64,000 nt of DNA from Cycas panzhihuaensis (taxonomy: Eukaryota > Plantae > Cycadophyta). The position numbers and the translations under genes are program-made. Positions within the stretch are counted from its first letter, which is position 1. Each line of letters starts with the position of its first letter. Location of the stretch: NCBI GenBank assembly GCA_023213395.1, contig CM041465.1, forward strand, positions 202,313,741 through 202,377,740, read 5' to 3'. The notes beneath the pieces were generated by a model. That model saw only the letters and a list, made by a program, of their open reading frames with translations. It was not told the origin of the DNA and did no database searches. Shown here piece by piece: positions 25,703 to 39,449 of the stretch.

Positions 25703-27269
25703 AAGAAGCTAGGAATCATGCTAATGGGTATGCTCCCTCCTCATTTTCCCCCTACTTTATGGTACCTTTAATCTCTTTAAATCATAAAAGGAAAAAGATT
25801 TCTTCTTCTCTATCTTTTTTTTCGTTTTAAGAAGGGAAATTAAAAGGACTTTCTCTTCTCCTTTTTTTTGTTTGATCTTATAAAAAGAGAAAGGAAGTGT
25901 CTTGTTTGATTTGTAGAGTTTCTTATATTTTTTCTTACTCTCATTCTCTCTTTTATACTTTATAACTTAATTAAGTCACTAGAGAAAAAAGGGATTAAGG
26001 AAGGTCTTTACTTTGATCATTCTTGATAAGTTGAACTTCATGGAGTGGGGTATCTTATACTTATTGCAAGTCCTCAAACCTACAAGGTCATTGGTCTATC
26101 TATTTAGAATATATTGATGTGTTGTATATATTTAAGAAAATGAGTATATAGTTGCATTAGGGTCTACTCTTTGCTTTTATAATCTTATCTAAGCTATGGT
26201 ATTCTCATGTGTTAAAGGAGGGATTACTTGTGGTTCTAACTAGATTTCATTACTAGTGAAGTAAGATAGCCTTGAACCTAAGGTTAGGTTATGTCTTTAT
26301 CATGTTCTAAATAATTTATTAAAGGGTGATTATTCTAACTACATATAGTTAGGATAATCAAGTGGACATCATTCATCTTATTAATAGAAGTTTCTTCTAT
26401 CTTCCTTCATCTCTTAGAGATTAAGGCTTATTGGAATTAGATATGGATATCTTCATACCTTGCACACTCGTGGGTGGGTCATTATTGGGTGAATAACTCC
26501 CCATTGATGAGTTTATCCCATGGTCTAATTAATTTTTCATATCTTCTCTGGTTAGTCCTCCTTTATTCTTGTATTGAGTTGACATAGTGATGCTTAGAGG
26601 GTGGGTTAGGTAGAGGTCAGTTACCTTTAGGGATTATAGTTCTTAGGATAGGTTTATAGGGATTCACTGTCATTTGGGACACTCATGTCCTTGTGATCCT
26701 CTTAGTTGTCAAGACCATTTTTTAGTGTTTTTTCTCCTTCCAAGGAGGATTAGCTTAGTTAGCTTTTACTTCATTCTCTTATATTTTAAGTTATTTATTT
26801 TAGTTTATATATTGATTAGATGTTTCGCATAGCTTAGCCCTATATTAACATGAATCAACCACCATATTTTCAGCCTTACAAGGGGAATAATTAGGACCCC
26901 TGAAGTTACTACCATGCACATGCCTTTGGCTTACTCATATTGGATAAGGAATGTCACTAGCTATTAGGTGTATTAGGTGGCAAGCTGACGTGAAGAACCT
27001 ATCTATTTCTAGAGTTTGGAGACCAAGGCTAAACTTGGAGAGGGTGAGTGCCTTGGTTAACAAAGCCATAACCGCTAGATCTGTTGCTAGGCATAAGACC
27101 AACACAGGTGGACACACAAATCAATGGGGTCTTAGCACCTTCTTGGTAGCCTGTGTACTGAGGTATATCGAGCCAAGATCTCATATACTGGTATATTGGG
27201 TCCCTAGTTTGCGACATGTGGGTAGGCGTCACTAGACAAGATAGCAACCAAAGGCTTCCCTTATAGGCA

Positions 27270-30200
27270 TTTAAACTTAGAGCTTAGAAACCTTTTATGG
27301 ATTAGGACACTTATTAAACATTTTAGGACAACTATAAAAGTTTATTTTTAAGGTAATTTTTAAAACCTTATTTGGACAATTATATTTTAAGGGCATTCTT
27401 ATCGAAAGGACATTTATCAAAACCCTAGTTGAGAAATAATGACAACCAACTTTAGCAATGTGATCATCCCTAATTTTGATGGTTCTAATTTTTTGAATTA
27501 TTGTAGGAGGATGAGACCCATCCTCATAGCTAATGATATGTGGGATATTGTAAGAATAGGGTATGTAGAATTAGGACAAAATCCAATAGATCTTGAGAAA
27601 CTGACTTATAAAGAAAATGTTAAGAAGGATAATGAGGCACTTGCACTAATATTCTGTACACTTGAAGACCATATATTTCCTAGAGTAAGTGAGTCAACAA
27701 CATCTAAAGAGACTTGGGACATCTTATAACTGATTTATGAAGGGGTTGCTTCATCCAAATTATAAACCTTAAGAAGCAAATTCAAAAATCTTAGGATTAT
27801 GCCCAATGAATCAGTAACTAAATTCATGACAAGTTGCAAGATATTATTAATTAAATGAGATCTCTAGGGGATACATTGACTAAACAAAGAGTGGTTGAAC
27901 AAATCCTAAGATGTGTTAGTGTAGTAAAAATATTTAAAATGGTGGCAACTAGTATTGGAGTATGAAACACTTCCCGCAGGGTGGTTTCCTACATTTAGCA
28001 AGATATGGTTATGTAAAACTGAGTCAGGTTATGAGTTAGATTGATCGGTGAGGAATCACCACGCAGGGCGTCCGTGCGCTGGAGCATGGATTCAAGACCT
28101 GCAAATGGTGCCTAATTGCTTCAAGGTGGTCGAGGAGAGGGACACAAGGCGAGGCCTTGGGTCGTCCTAAAAGGTGAGGCCCTCCTACCCCTTGGATGGC
28201 CGGGAAGAGGAAGAAGGGACCTAAAGGGTTACGTCTTCTCAAGGAAGAGAGAAGGCAACATGTAGGTGGGGTGTGCGTAGCGTAATATCTATGTGTAAGC
28301 TAGTCAAAGGAGCGAGAGATGAGTAGCTCACGTCCAAGGGAGACTACCTATGTATAATAAAAGCAACTACGAATAAAAAAACATACAAATGCAGAGATGT
28401 ATTCCTTCCCCTTTTCCGTTTCCTATGTGTTTTTATTATGCAAACATATGCATGGAAACAATGCTATAGAAAAGAACAAAAGGGAAAGGAGGAATACTTG
28501 GACACGGTGTTCGAATGAAGTGTTGTGATTTCCATTGCTTTACGCGCCTTCCTGCTCCACTTGTAGCATGGGTGAGACCAACCGGCAATGGTTGCTATGA
28601 GCGGTCAAAGGGGGCTATCTTACCTCCCCAAAGTATGCGAAAGAAGTAAAGCAAGACAAAGCAGCAAAAGGGAAATGAGGAAAATCAAATAACAAGAGAC
28701 TAACATGTTGACCGGCTCGTCTCGTGTGTATCACTGCTATCGCAAGACCTGTCAGTCAAAACATGCAAGTTTCCCCCTCTCGGAAGAGGGGATACCAAAT
28801 ATATCTACTATACGTGCGTAAATATAAAAGAGCTGAAATCAAACTAAATCAAGAACATGTGCATATTACTCCAAAGAACTCCAAACAGGACTCCAATAAG
28901 CAACCACATCAAACGGTACCCAAAACAAAAGAGTAGCCTCAAAATGGCTAACTCACCCATGGAAATCCCCACGTGGCCTTAGGGAAGGAGAGGTCAACTA
29001 TAAACTATATTGACTGGAAGAAACCAGCAGGCAAGAAAAGAGAGAAACCAATGGAATGATGTCCAAGCACACCCAAGGGACGAGGTGCTATGAGCAGCAG
29101 ATCATCCGGTTGGGATAAGCTACAGGTCATGAACCAACTGGGAACGATTTTGGGGCTTATGTGGTGCCTAAAACCAGCAAATGTAGATCTAAAACCAGCA
29201 TGGCAAGGGGCTGCCAACGCTGGTTCAGATTTAGAGGTAGGTTCCCAAGTCCCTAGCCCAGCTTCAAGGGAGGTAGTAGGTGCAAGGGGAAAGAAAAGAA
29301 GGGTTTGGACCCTTGGGGAGAAGGTCAGCAAGGGGGACTAACCCCGCCTTTCTCCCTCCACTTTTCTTTGTGTCACCCCCTTTGCACAGCCACCTTAAAG
29401 TAGGCTTACAAGAAGAATAGGGGAAGCACTACAGCACAAGGTGCAAAGAGCTAGTGCTAAACGAGTACAAAGTCTAAAAAATAACAAGTATACTAAGCAC
29501 TATTCATAAAAAAGTAAGGAAAGAGCATGAATCTTAAGGAAAATATTGAAGAGTACCTTATAGCAGAGAATAGGAGTTTATCTCTGCTGGAAAATAGCAG
29601 AAAGAACCTACATTTGGCAGGTTTTGAAGGCTGGTTTAAAGGGGAGGCCACCGTGAGAAAACCACTATGGTGTTGAGACCTTGGAGCTTCTTCTTGGAGA
29701 GTCCTGTGAATGCTCCTCTTTCCACCATGTGAACCTATAAGAGGAGGCCTGAGCTGCTGGTGCTAAGCCTGAGATGCAGCAATAATCTTTGTAGGAAGAG
29801 TAACAACAAAAGAGAATGCATGTTTGTAGTAGGTGATGGAGAGTTGTAGGAGTTTCATCAAAAAATGAAGGAAGAAGAGGCAAGAATAATTGACTTTTTA
29901 GTTTTTATCTTCCACTAACCCCAAGTAAACGTTTGGAGTCACGGGGAAGTCCAAAGGTGCGAATACCACGTGGCAGTTCCGCGAAAAGAGCGGGAACTAC
30001 CGCGTCTGTTTTAAAAAATAAATTTAAACAGTCATACCGTGATAAACTTTCTTGACTGTGGTAAATATCGCAGATCGCTAAGTTTGCAAAGAAGCGAACC
30101 TATAGGCCAAAATTAGGTCAGAAATAGGGTCTAAAGCCAAATAGGGAATATGTTAGGGCTGAACAAGCTGGGAATTGGTACCCAGATGACTAACAGGTGG

Positions 30201-33200
30201 TCAGGAGAGAGGGATGGGTCTCAATCGGGGATCCTATCATACTTTGGAAAGCGGATCAAAGTATAAACAGGATGCTGTCATGGGCGAGACACGACTGACT
30301 AAGGTGTCTCGAGGGGCTGTGGAGATGATGTGGGTGGCTAAGTGCCATATGGGGTGTAGCACTCGCTAAGGAGTGCCCCCACGGTGGGTCGCCATAGGCT
30401 GAGTGGTGTACGGCAGGCGCAAGCAGTGTGATCAAGCAAGAAAGCAATGCAGTCATGCGAATGACAGACAAGCATGTATCAGGCAATCTACCAAGCGACC
30501 TCGGTCAAACAAGAGTGAGGATGGGAGTGAGAACATATACCTAAGCTTACCTGAGTCGATGCATCCCGACTTCATTCCCAGTAGCTGGGAAACAGAGTAT
30601 TAAAGAACTTGAGTACATTAAAAATAGAATAACTAAGTGCCCTACTGATGGCAGTTGAGGAACAACAAAATGCAAATGCATCACTTGAATATGCCTTTGC
30701 AACCAAAGCAAGGATACAATCAAATTCTCAAGTTGATACCCCCAAATCTAGGGACTAATCCCCAAAAGAGAGAAATAAAAACCTTAGATAAGAAATGCAC
30801 CAAGAAAGACTACTAAGTATCAAGCTCCACATCAAAGATGATAAGGAGCTAATCAAAGAAACACTAGCCATAGTAGACACTAAAGTCAAGAAATGAATTA
30901 TGGGACAAACCACTGTTGTCCAAATTGTTAAGGAGACACGTAATCTCAAAGGACCAACCTCAATTATCCCAATAATAAACAGAGGGATAATCAAACCCCA
31001 TTTATAGAAAGAGAAAGACCATCCCAAATTGATAGGTCCTATCCTCGTAATAGAAGTCTTAGCTTTGAAAGACGAGATTCACTTTATTGCATATTTTACA
31101 ATTGAGTAGGTTATACGAAAGATAAATTCTTTTCCAAACATGGTCCACCAACTAAAGGAAATGCTAATACAATTATGGAAGCAAGGGAGAATAATGGACT
31201 CTTTCTATCTAGTTTTATTACTCAAGAGGAAGAAGATGATAGTTGGTATATTGATTTAGATTGTTCTATCCATATGACCTATAAATAACATATAATCTGA
31301 ACTATGGATAAAATGAAAAATGAGTCTGTTATGTTTAGTGATGACACCTCTCGCGAGTCCATTGGAAGAGTTAATGTAGTTCTACAAATAGAATCAGGAG
31401 ACACCCGATATCTTGATGATGTACTTTATGTCCCAACCCTGAAGAAGAACCTTTTATCAGTAGGACAAATAATGGGCTAGGATTATAATGTCATATTTGA
31501 TAATGGAGAATGCATCATTAAAAATAAAAGGAGGAACAAGGCAATAGTTACCAAGGGTAAAATGACCAAGGACAGACTTTTCAAGCTAGTCCTTACTTAT
31601 TCTGGTACTTATACTTTGAAAACAATAATCAAGCTTAACAATGACATGTGACACAAGAGATTTGGTCACTTAAATTATAGTAGTTTGATACTAATGAAGA
31701 AGATGGATATGGTTGATGGGTTACTGAGCATTAAAGTGGATAAAAATCTTTGTAAAGTGTGCCTCCTTGGAAAGCAACATAGAGAAAGTTTTCTAGTTAG
31801 TAGCTATAGAGCCAATGGACCTCTCCAACTAGTCTATACAGATATTTGTGGCCCCATGGATGTTCCCTCATTGGTAGGAGCTAGATATTTTATCACATTC
31901 ATTGATGATTTTACAAGAAAAACTTACGTTTATTTCTTAAAGTTTAAGTCAGATGCATTCCAACACTTTGTCGACTTCAAAACCTATGTGGAGAAATAAA
32001 GTAGACAAAAAATCTTCTCCCTAAGATCAGATAATGGGGGAGAGTTCATCTCAAACAAGTTCAAAGCCTATTATGCACATCATGGAATCATGAGATACCT
32101 TACAAATCTCTATGCCCCCCAACAAAATGGTGTACTTGAAAGAAAGAACTGCACCATAGTCAAGATGGTTAGGTGCATGTTAAGAATAAAAGATTGGGAC
32201 ATGAATTTTGGGTTAAAGCAGTTCACACTGCTGTTTATTTACTTAATAGGTGTACCACTAAAGTACTTAGGTGGAAGATTCTTGAAGAAGCTTGGACTAG
32301 ATACAAACCTAGTATCTACCACTTAAGAGTTTTTGGATGCCTAGCTTATACTCATGTTCCTAGGCAAAGAAGGTCTAAGCTAGATGATCATAGCACCAAA
32401 TGTATATTCATTAGGTACAATGATGCCTCCAAATCTTATAAGGCCTATGATCCCAAATCTTCAAAAGTCATGATGAGTAGAGATGTCAAATTCCAAAAAG
32501 ATGATTACTACCACATTGATTATGATCAAAACAAAGGAAATGGTGTCATGATAAATCTTGAGTCCACTACTAGGTCCAAATATATACCGCCTAGGCAGGA
32601 ATCAAGATAAACCATTGATGTATCAAGTGGAGAGGGAAACTCTTCTCAAACTCCACCACAAAGATTACCTAAATAGGTTTAAAGGAACCATGATATGGAT
32701 AACATCTTGGACAATGACTATAATCAAAGATCTACTCATGCTCATAGGGTAAATTTTGCCCTTATGTGTCAAGTTATGAAGACCCATGAGCCTCATACTT
32801 TTGACGAGGCCAATACATATGATACTTAGAGAAAGGCAATGGAGGAAGAATATAACTCCATAGTAAAAAATGGTACTTGGGAATTGGTTGACCTTCCTCC
32901 CAATAAAAAGACCATTGGTACCAAGCAAGTTTATAAAACCAAATTCTAATCTGACAGATCAATTGATAAACATGAAGCTAGATTGGTAGAAAAAGGTTAT
33001 GCCCAAAGAGAAGGCATTGATTATAGTGAAACATTTGCCCATGTTGTATGTATAGAAACCGTTCATATAAGGATGAGTTTGGCTGCACAAATGGGATAGG
33101 ATGTTCACCAAATGGATGTTAAAAGTGCATTTCTTAATAGGTATAATGAAGAAGATATCTATGTCTCTTGACCCCAAGGTTTTGAAGTCAGGGGAGAAGA

Positions 33201-34350
33201 AGACAAAGCATATAAGCTTAAAAATGTAGTCTATGGATTAAAGCAAGCTCCTAGGGTATGGTATTCCCGAATCGACAAATATTTTAGAGATCAAGGATTC
33301 AAAGGATCTCAATCAGATCTAAACTTGTATATCAAGATTAAGGGAGACTCCATTCTAATAGCAAGACTTTATGTAGATGATCTTGTCTACACTGGAAATG
33401 ACTACCACCTTTTGTAAAAATTTAAGAAAGATAAGTGTAAGGAGTTTGAGATGACAGATTTAGGTTTAATGCATTACTCTTAGGTTTGGAAGTATGGCAA
33501 GATAAAAATGGCATATTTATTTCTCAAAAGAGGTACACCTTGGACTTGCTTCAAAGATTCAAGATGAATGATTACAAACCTCTAGTAGTTCCAACTGAAG
33601 TTAGATCAAGCTATTTAAACTTGGTGATTCTGTACTTGTGGATCCCACACTCTATAGATAATTAATTAACAGTCTGATTTATTTAGCACAACTATATATT
33701 ATGCATATGATCAGCGTAGTATCTACATTTATGCAAGATCCTAAGACTACACATTAGCAAGTAGTCAAAAAGATCTTATGTTACCTAAAAGGAATAATAG
33801 AATATGGGTTGCATTACAAATCTTCACTGAATTTCAGATTAACTAGGTATATAGATTCAGATTGGGCAGGTGACATTGATGATAGGAAATCCACTTTAGG
33901 TTACACTTTTAGTTTGGGTTCAACAAATATAGCATAGAGCACCAAGAAATAGAAGATTGTTTTCCTATTTACAGTAGAAGCGGATCATAAAGCAACAGTT
34001 TCAGGTGCATGTAAAACTGTATAATTATTACGACTCCTACAAGACTTTCAGATGGAACAAAAAGGGCTGACTAAAATTTGGTGTGATAATTAAAGCACCA
34101 TTCGGATGACTTAGAATCTAGTATTTCATGGCAGAACCAAGCATGTTAAAACTTAGCATCACTTTATTTGATAATTAGTTCAAGCAGGTGAGATCGAGTT
34201 AGTATATTATAGTACTAAAGATCAAACGATTGACATATTCATAAAGCCACTAGGAAAGATCAAGTTTTATAAATTTAGGGATAAACTTAGAGTTCCATAC
34301 AATGGACATTATGGGGGAGACTGTTGGGATAGTTCCATTGCTAAAGGATG
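27270..34350 (+). mobile_element. Degenerate Ty1/copia related to the 18936-24697 element; gag interrupted by a solo LTR; 5' LTR not found
   Basis: gag MTTNFSNVIIPNFDGSNF at 27439 resumes after 30599; PR near 31240; INT LVYTDICGP at about 31830; RT about 32840-33600; RH to about 34290; PPT CATTATGGGGGAGA at 34307-34320, followed by TGTTGG. Confidence 0.9.
27963..30594 (-). mobile_element. 2632-bp solo LTR, same group as the LTR at 56231-59276 (Tat-type gypsy)
   Basis: TG...CA termini; perfect TSD GAGTA on both sides; no internal domains; collinear similarity to 56231-59276 (GACCTRCAAATGGTGC, CCACGTGGCA, GCTTACCTGAGTC...GGAAACA). Strand is taken from the PPT of the second copy. Confidence 0.9.
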
Positions 34351-37300
34351 TGCAAGATGACCTCGAGCCCCTAAATGACACCTTGAGCCACCTAGAGTCA
34401 TTACGACCACCATCTGACCGACTGTATGTATTATATATTATTTTATTTATTTTTTAATTATTTGATTGCCATGTTGAGTTGAGGTAGTCCACTACCTCCC
34501 CAAACTATATACTTAAGGGGAATGCCTCCCTAGTATTTTTTTAATACTAGCAAACAACCAATGGAAAGCATTTTGACTCCTCAATGATGGTAATGTGACT
34601 TTGTTCGGCCTGCCCTACTCCTCAAACCAACAAGCCCCCCACTCCCCTCTCTCTCTCACACACACACATACACACCTACCTCCTTCATCCATTCTAGATA
34701 ATCCCCTGTCCCCATATTCACATCCACACAAATGTATAACTATTTGTGAGAGAAAGTTAATTGATCCCCCTCTTTAGCTCATATCTTTTTCCCTAGGTCT
34801 AATGTTGGGTTGTTCAAGTAATAATGCCTCGTTGCAAGTTATATCTTTGGTGACCATATTAAGGACTTCTTATTCAAGGTTAGTGATGATTTCATTGACT
34901 CTCTTTTCTTCACTCCATTATAGGTATTTACCCTAGGGCAACCCACCTAATAAGACATTACAAGATTCATGAGTATCACTCACCTATTTATACTTAATTA
35001 AGGCGATGAGTATGCATCTTTATTTAGACCTTTTTATCCCCTTTAACCCTTAGGAGCCGCCCTTTGTATACCCTTATTTCCTCAATGGAAGTGAGGTCTT
35101 CCTCCCCTTAACTCATTTAAGTTTGTCTCATCTTACTCTTAACCCATCCAACCCCATACCATGGTTGAGATAACACCTTCATATTAAGTCACAAAGCCCA
35201 TTCTCACTTGAGCATTAGATTAGCCTCATGCCAGTGACCCATATGACCCTTGAGAAATCCTACTCGATGGAATGAAGATATCATATATACCCCATGACTT
35301 TGATCTTAACTATTTGAACTCCATTGTCTCTCCATCTCATGTTATTAAGGCTACCTAGTCTTAAGTCATCCAACCTACCCTTAAGTCCCTAACTCATACT
35401 TACCTATCTGACTAAACCTAAGTGATTATAATAGACCCTCAACCTATCCCTATACCAAAGAAATCCTTAAATTTTATTGCTACATTAAAGACATGCTTCT
35501 AAGGTGCTTTGATAACTTCTACTTCTGCTCTTACTTGGGCTACCCATCTCTTTAAGAATAATGCAAATCTAATCTTGTCCATATCACAACCCCAACTAGG
35601 GGTAAAATAATGTATTACCTTGTATCCTTCATTTTTCATAGTAGCTATGTTCACTCTCATATCTACTAGATCAGGGTTAATTCTCCTATCTTCCTTTGTC
35701 CCTCTAGTCTAACCAGCCATAGGACTCTATTCTTTCATCACGCAACCCATTAGGGATTGGGAAAACCCTACATCCCCATTAATACCCCATTCTACACCCT
35801 AACCCTCTATAGCTTGGTGCATCCTCAGTTCTATCCCATAAGTTACCTAGGTTATAACTCAACTCTCTCCTACTCCTTATGCCCCATTTGGCTATGCACC
35901 TTAGTAATAAGGACATGTTGAGGCCCACCCATATAACATTTATAATATAGTTCATCTCCATAGATATGGGGTTTCCCCTCCATTAGGAGTTCTATATGGG
36001 AAAACTTACTTCCTTATCCTCTAACTTATAATGCCCTTTCTTACCTAAGAGTCCCAACTAGTGCCCAACTAGGCCCATTCCCCTATTAACTTATTGGAGT
36101 CTAACCATTAGCTACCATCTCTATTCCACTGGTTTAACCAATTTAGTAGACCTAGTTTATTCATCCTCAATAAGTGCAACATGCCTAATCCAAAATCACT
36201 CTATTAAACATAGTTATCCTTGAGGGTATCCTTATTTAAGGAGAAGTCCTACTCTCTACCTAAATTGTTACCAACCCATGGTAATTTCCTTCTCAACTAG
36301 TTCCTCCTCAACTAGTTTATCCACCTCCTACTCAAAAATGTCGTTATGGGATCCTTAACTATGGAGGGCCTACCCCCCATATGGAAAATCCAAACTTGAC
36401 TAGGAGTATCCTTGAGTTGGCCCCACCTATTCCCACTCTACCTTACTAAACTTCCTAGTAAGGGCATCCTTCTTATGGTGGTGTCTAGCACCAAATACCC
36501 TACTAACCCCACATTGGAGCTATAGACCCATTTATCTAGTTGGAGATACACTCGTTTGTGGATTATCAAATTAGTCCATTATCCCTCAAGGTGCTTAAGA
36601 AAAACCTTACACCACATCCTCCTCAAGTCCTAAAATTTGAAAGAACCTCCAACCAAGACCTAATTGATCATGTTAAATATTTCACTTTGGCATATATTGA
36701 TTTCTAGTCATATGACTATATTTTAATAAAGATGTTCCTATGGTCACCCCATGGGGACAACCTTAAATGGTTTTACCACCAGCCACCTCATTCCATACAT
36801 AATAATTAACTGACATATTTGTCAACTAGTTTGGTGTTAAGACTCTTTAAGAGTGTTGTCAAAGCTCTTCTCTCTCTAAAACAAGGCCATCATAAGCTCA
36901 ATAGAGATTATATTCAATATTTCCATGATCTACTCCACTCATCTAAGGCAATGATGTTGAAGGATTTGAAGAGAGATATATTTGTTAACACCCTTTTTCT
37001 AAAGTTCCATGTGAAAGTGCTCAAAATAGGTGCTTCTACCTATGATATCATGGTTGTTAAATACATTATACTAAAATCCATTGAGATATAAATAAGTGTG
37101 AAGAAATTGACCAAGACCATTGGATGGCAAGGGGCCTAAAACCCACCTAGAGATCCCAAGCCACAGTCTAGTACACATGATAAAACACTTGATTTTTTCA
37201 CCTCCATAATTCATTCATTTGAGTTAGTAGTATGAGATCTCAAATCTCAATTCAATCTTATTGAGAGGTAAGGGCAACCACCACATGGTCCAGATGACCC

Positions 37301-39200
37301 TAAGTCAGTCTACCAAGCTACTTAACATCCCCCTCCATAAAAGAATAACAAAGGAGACACTCCACCTATATAAAAGAAGTGGCATTTTTTCCATTAGAGT
37401 GGGGGCCATGATGATGCTTATTATTGGTCACAACACCTTGAGTTAGCTCCCCCATGAGGGCCTCCTAATCAATCAACTTTAAGGCCTAATTTTGAGTAAC
37501 ACATTCATAGAGACCCTTTTCCCTAACCATAATTATTCTTAGTCCTAGGCACAAAAGGGTAGGTAAAATGTCTAACCACCCTACTCTAAAGCTCTTAAAT
37601 AGTCTTTGGTCTCCCAACAAGAACAAAAACCATCTTCACCCAAGTCCCATGCTTAAAAGGAAAAGGAGGTTGCCGATGCTACAATGTAAGGGGAAGTGAG
37701 TCATTCAATGCTTAAAACTTCCCGTATCATTTTCACAACCCATGCACAAGCTGCCAAGGAAGCTAAGAGCACTTTTACATCAAATCCCTAACCTATTAAG
37801 TTCTAGACACTTCTAAAGATTATTTTTGTTTGACCAGGTCAATACAACATGAGGAGGGTGTTTCCCTAGTCTATTAGTAAAGGGGATCCCTTTTCTATCA
37901 TCAAGGAACTTTAATCCATTTCTATAGGCATGCCTATGATGGATATCCTCATAAGCCACACTAACCAAAGGTAATTACTTTTTTGAAGCTTTAAAGCCCT
38001 AAGAGGTCAATTATATTCATATATAACTATCAAAGATACCTCTTATTATATTTGAACTTGAACATCTTCTCACCAAGAATGAGAGAGTTAATGAGATACT
38101 CTCTCCTTTTTTCATCATAATAGAAACTCCATATTGCATCTTAGAGAGGATAGTAGTTAATTCAAGGTCCTTTATCAATGCTATGCTCATGAAAATGCTC
38201 TAAGAAATAGGCATTGATGCTCTCAAGATAGTTCCTTGGAAATTCTAAGGATACGATGGCATTCTAAAGTCTCCTTTGGGGAGTGTTACCATTCCATTAA
38301 CATTAAAGGATAAGGCTATCTTTATTGAGATTGTTATCTTGGATGCTAAGGTGGATTATAATTTACTTTTAGAAAATCCATGGCTACACTAGATGGGAGA
38401 TATATGTTTTGCCCTATGGGGTCAGTTAAAGTTCATCTATGAGGGACAAGTTTTTATAGTTCAATGTCAAGATTGGAGTCATCATGATCCCCATCTTGCC
38501 ATGTGAGCTATCTTTGGGGAGGAAGAGAGGCTTGGCATTTTGTTTTAGGATGAAGGGCCAAGGTTTAATTAAGACCTAACCACTTCAGAGTCAAGCATGA
38601 TTTGACTTATGGCCATAGGAGTTGGCCATTATGGCTACATAGGTGTATTGAGTAACCCAAAATTTGATGACGAGGAACCATAAGTGTATAGAGTCCACAT
38701 GATTAGGAGAACCCAGGAGTATTTTAACCCCATAATTATATAACTTCTATTATCCTAGACCCTCGCCCACCCCACAACCCCCCACCTAACTCCCATTTAT
38801 GATTCAAATTCTAACTTTTTATTCTCACATGATGAGTCAATCATATATGACCCATTACTAGACCCACCTTGAGAGGTCCCTATATCACACTCACCCCAAA
38901 CTCATTTTCATACAAACTTCCATTTTGTGGGTGTGAGGTGTAGACAACACCATGATTCATCAGAGGTCTCTTATAGGTTTTTCAATTAGTTGTCTAGAAA
39001 TGATCAAGATTCCTTTCCTTGGGCTCAAACTCAACTCAAGGTAGTAGAGGGCATAGATTATTTTGAGAATAATGAAGCCCTCTTCAAACACTTGGTTGAA
39101 GCCATATTGAACCTCCACTCGAACCATCACATATTGGGGTTTTAAAAATTCCTTGCCATTAACTCCCCCATATCTAACACTCACTCAATAGTGGAACAAG
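34350..39200 (+). mobile_element. Degenerate non-chromovirus gypsy (Tat/Athila-type) gag-protease remnant
   Basis: About 36630-36800: gag-like DLIDHVKYF...LKWFYHQPPHSI. About 38140-38460: protease-like IVVNSRSFINAM...VDYNLLLENPWLH...QLKFIYEG. Ends are not defined. Confidence 0.65.
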
Positions 39201-39449
39201 TCCATTAAGTAGACCCCTTCTCAGTTTAAAGACGAGAATGTTTTGCTCGTAGTAGAGAAGGTTGGATAGCAAGCACCTTAAACAAATAAGGAAATATTTT
39301 ATTCAACTTAAACATTTTTAGTAGAAGTCATAAAATAAAAGGGAAAACCTTCACCAAAAAAGACAAGGAAAAAGGTATCGCAACAAAATATTTTGCCTTG
39401 GATTCATAGAAGCCCATTGCAAGTTGGAGAATAACAACATCCAATTCTA

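Noticed and set aside
24698-27260. LTR-like non-coding DNA with short ORFs at 26935-27247 (similar in character to 16880-18480)
   Set aside because: Probably gypsy LTR remnants, but I could not fix termini, TSDs or partners, and the ORFs have no domain signal.
28036-30603. Many 60-110 aa ORFs in the solo LTR and in 56231-59276
   Set aside because: They are not conserved as peptides between the two LTR relatives, and are expected by chance in GC-richer DNA.
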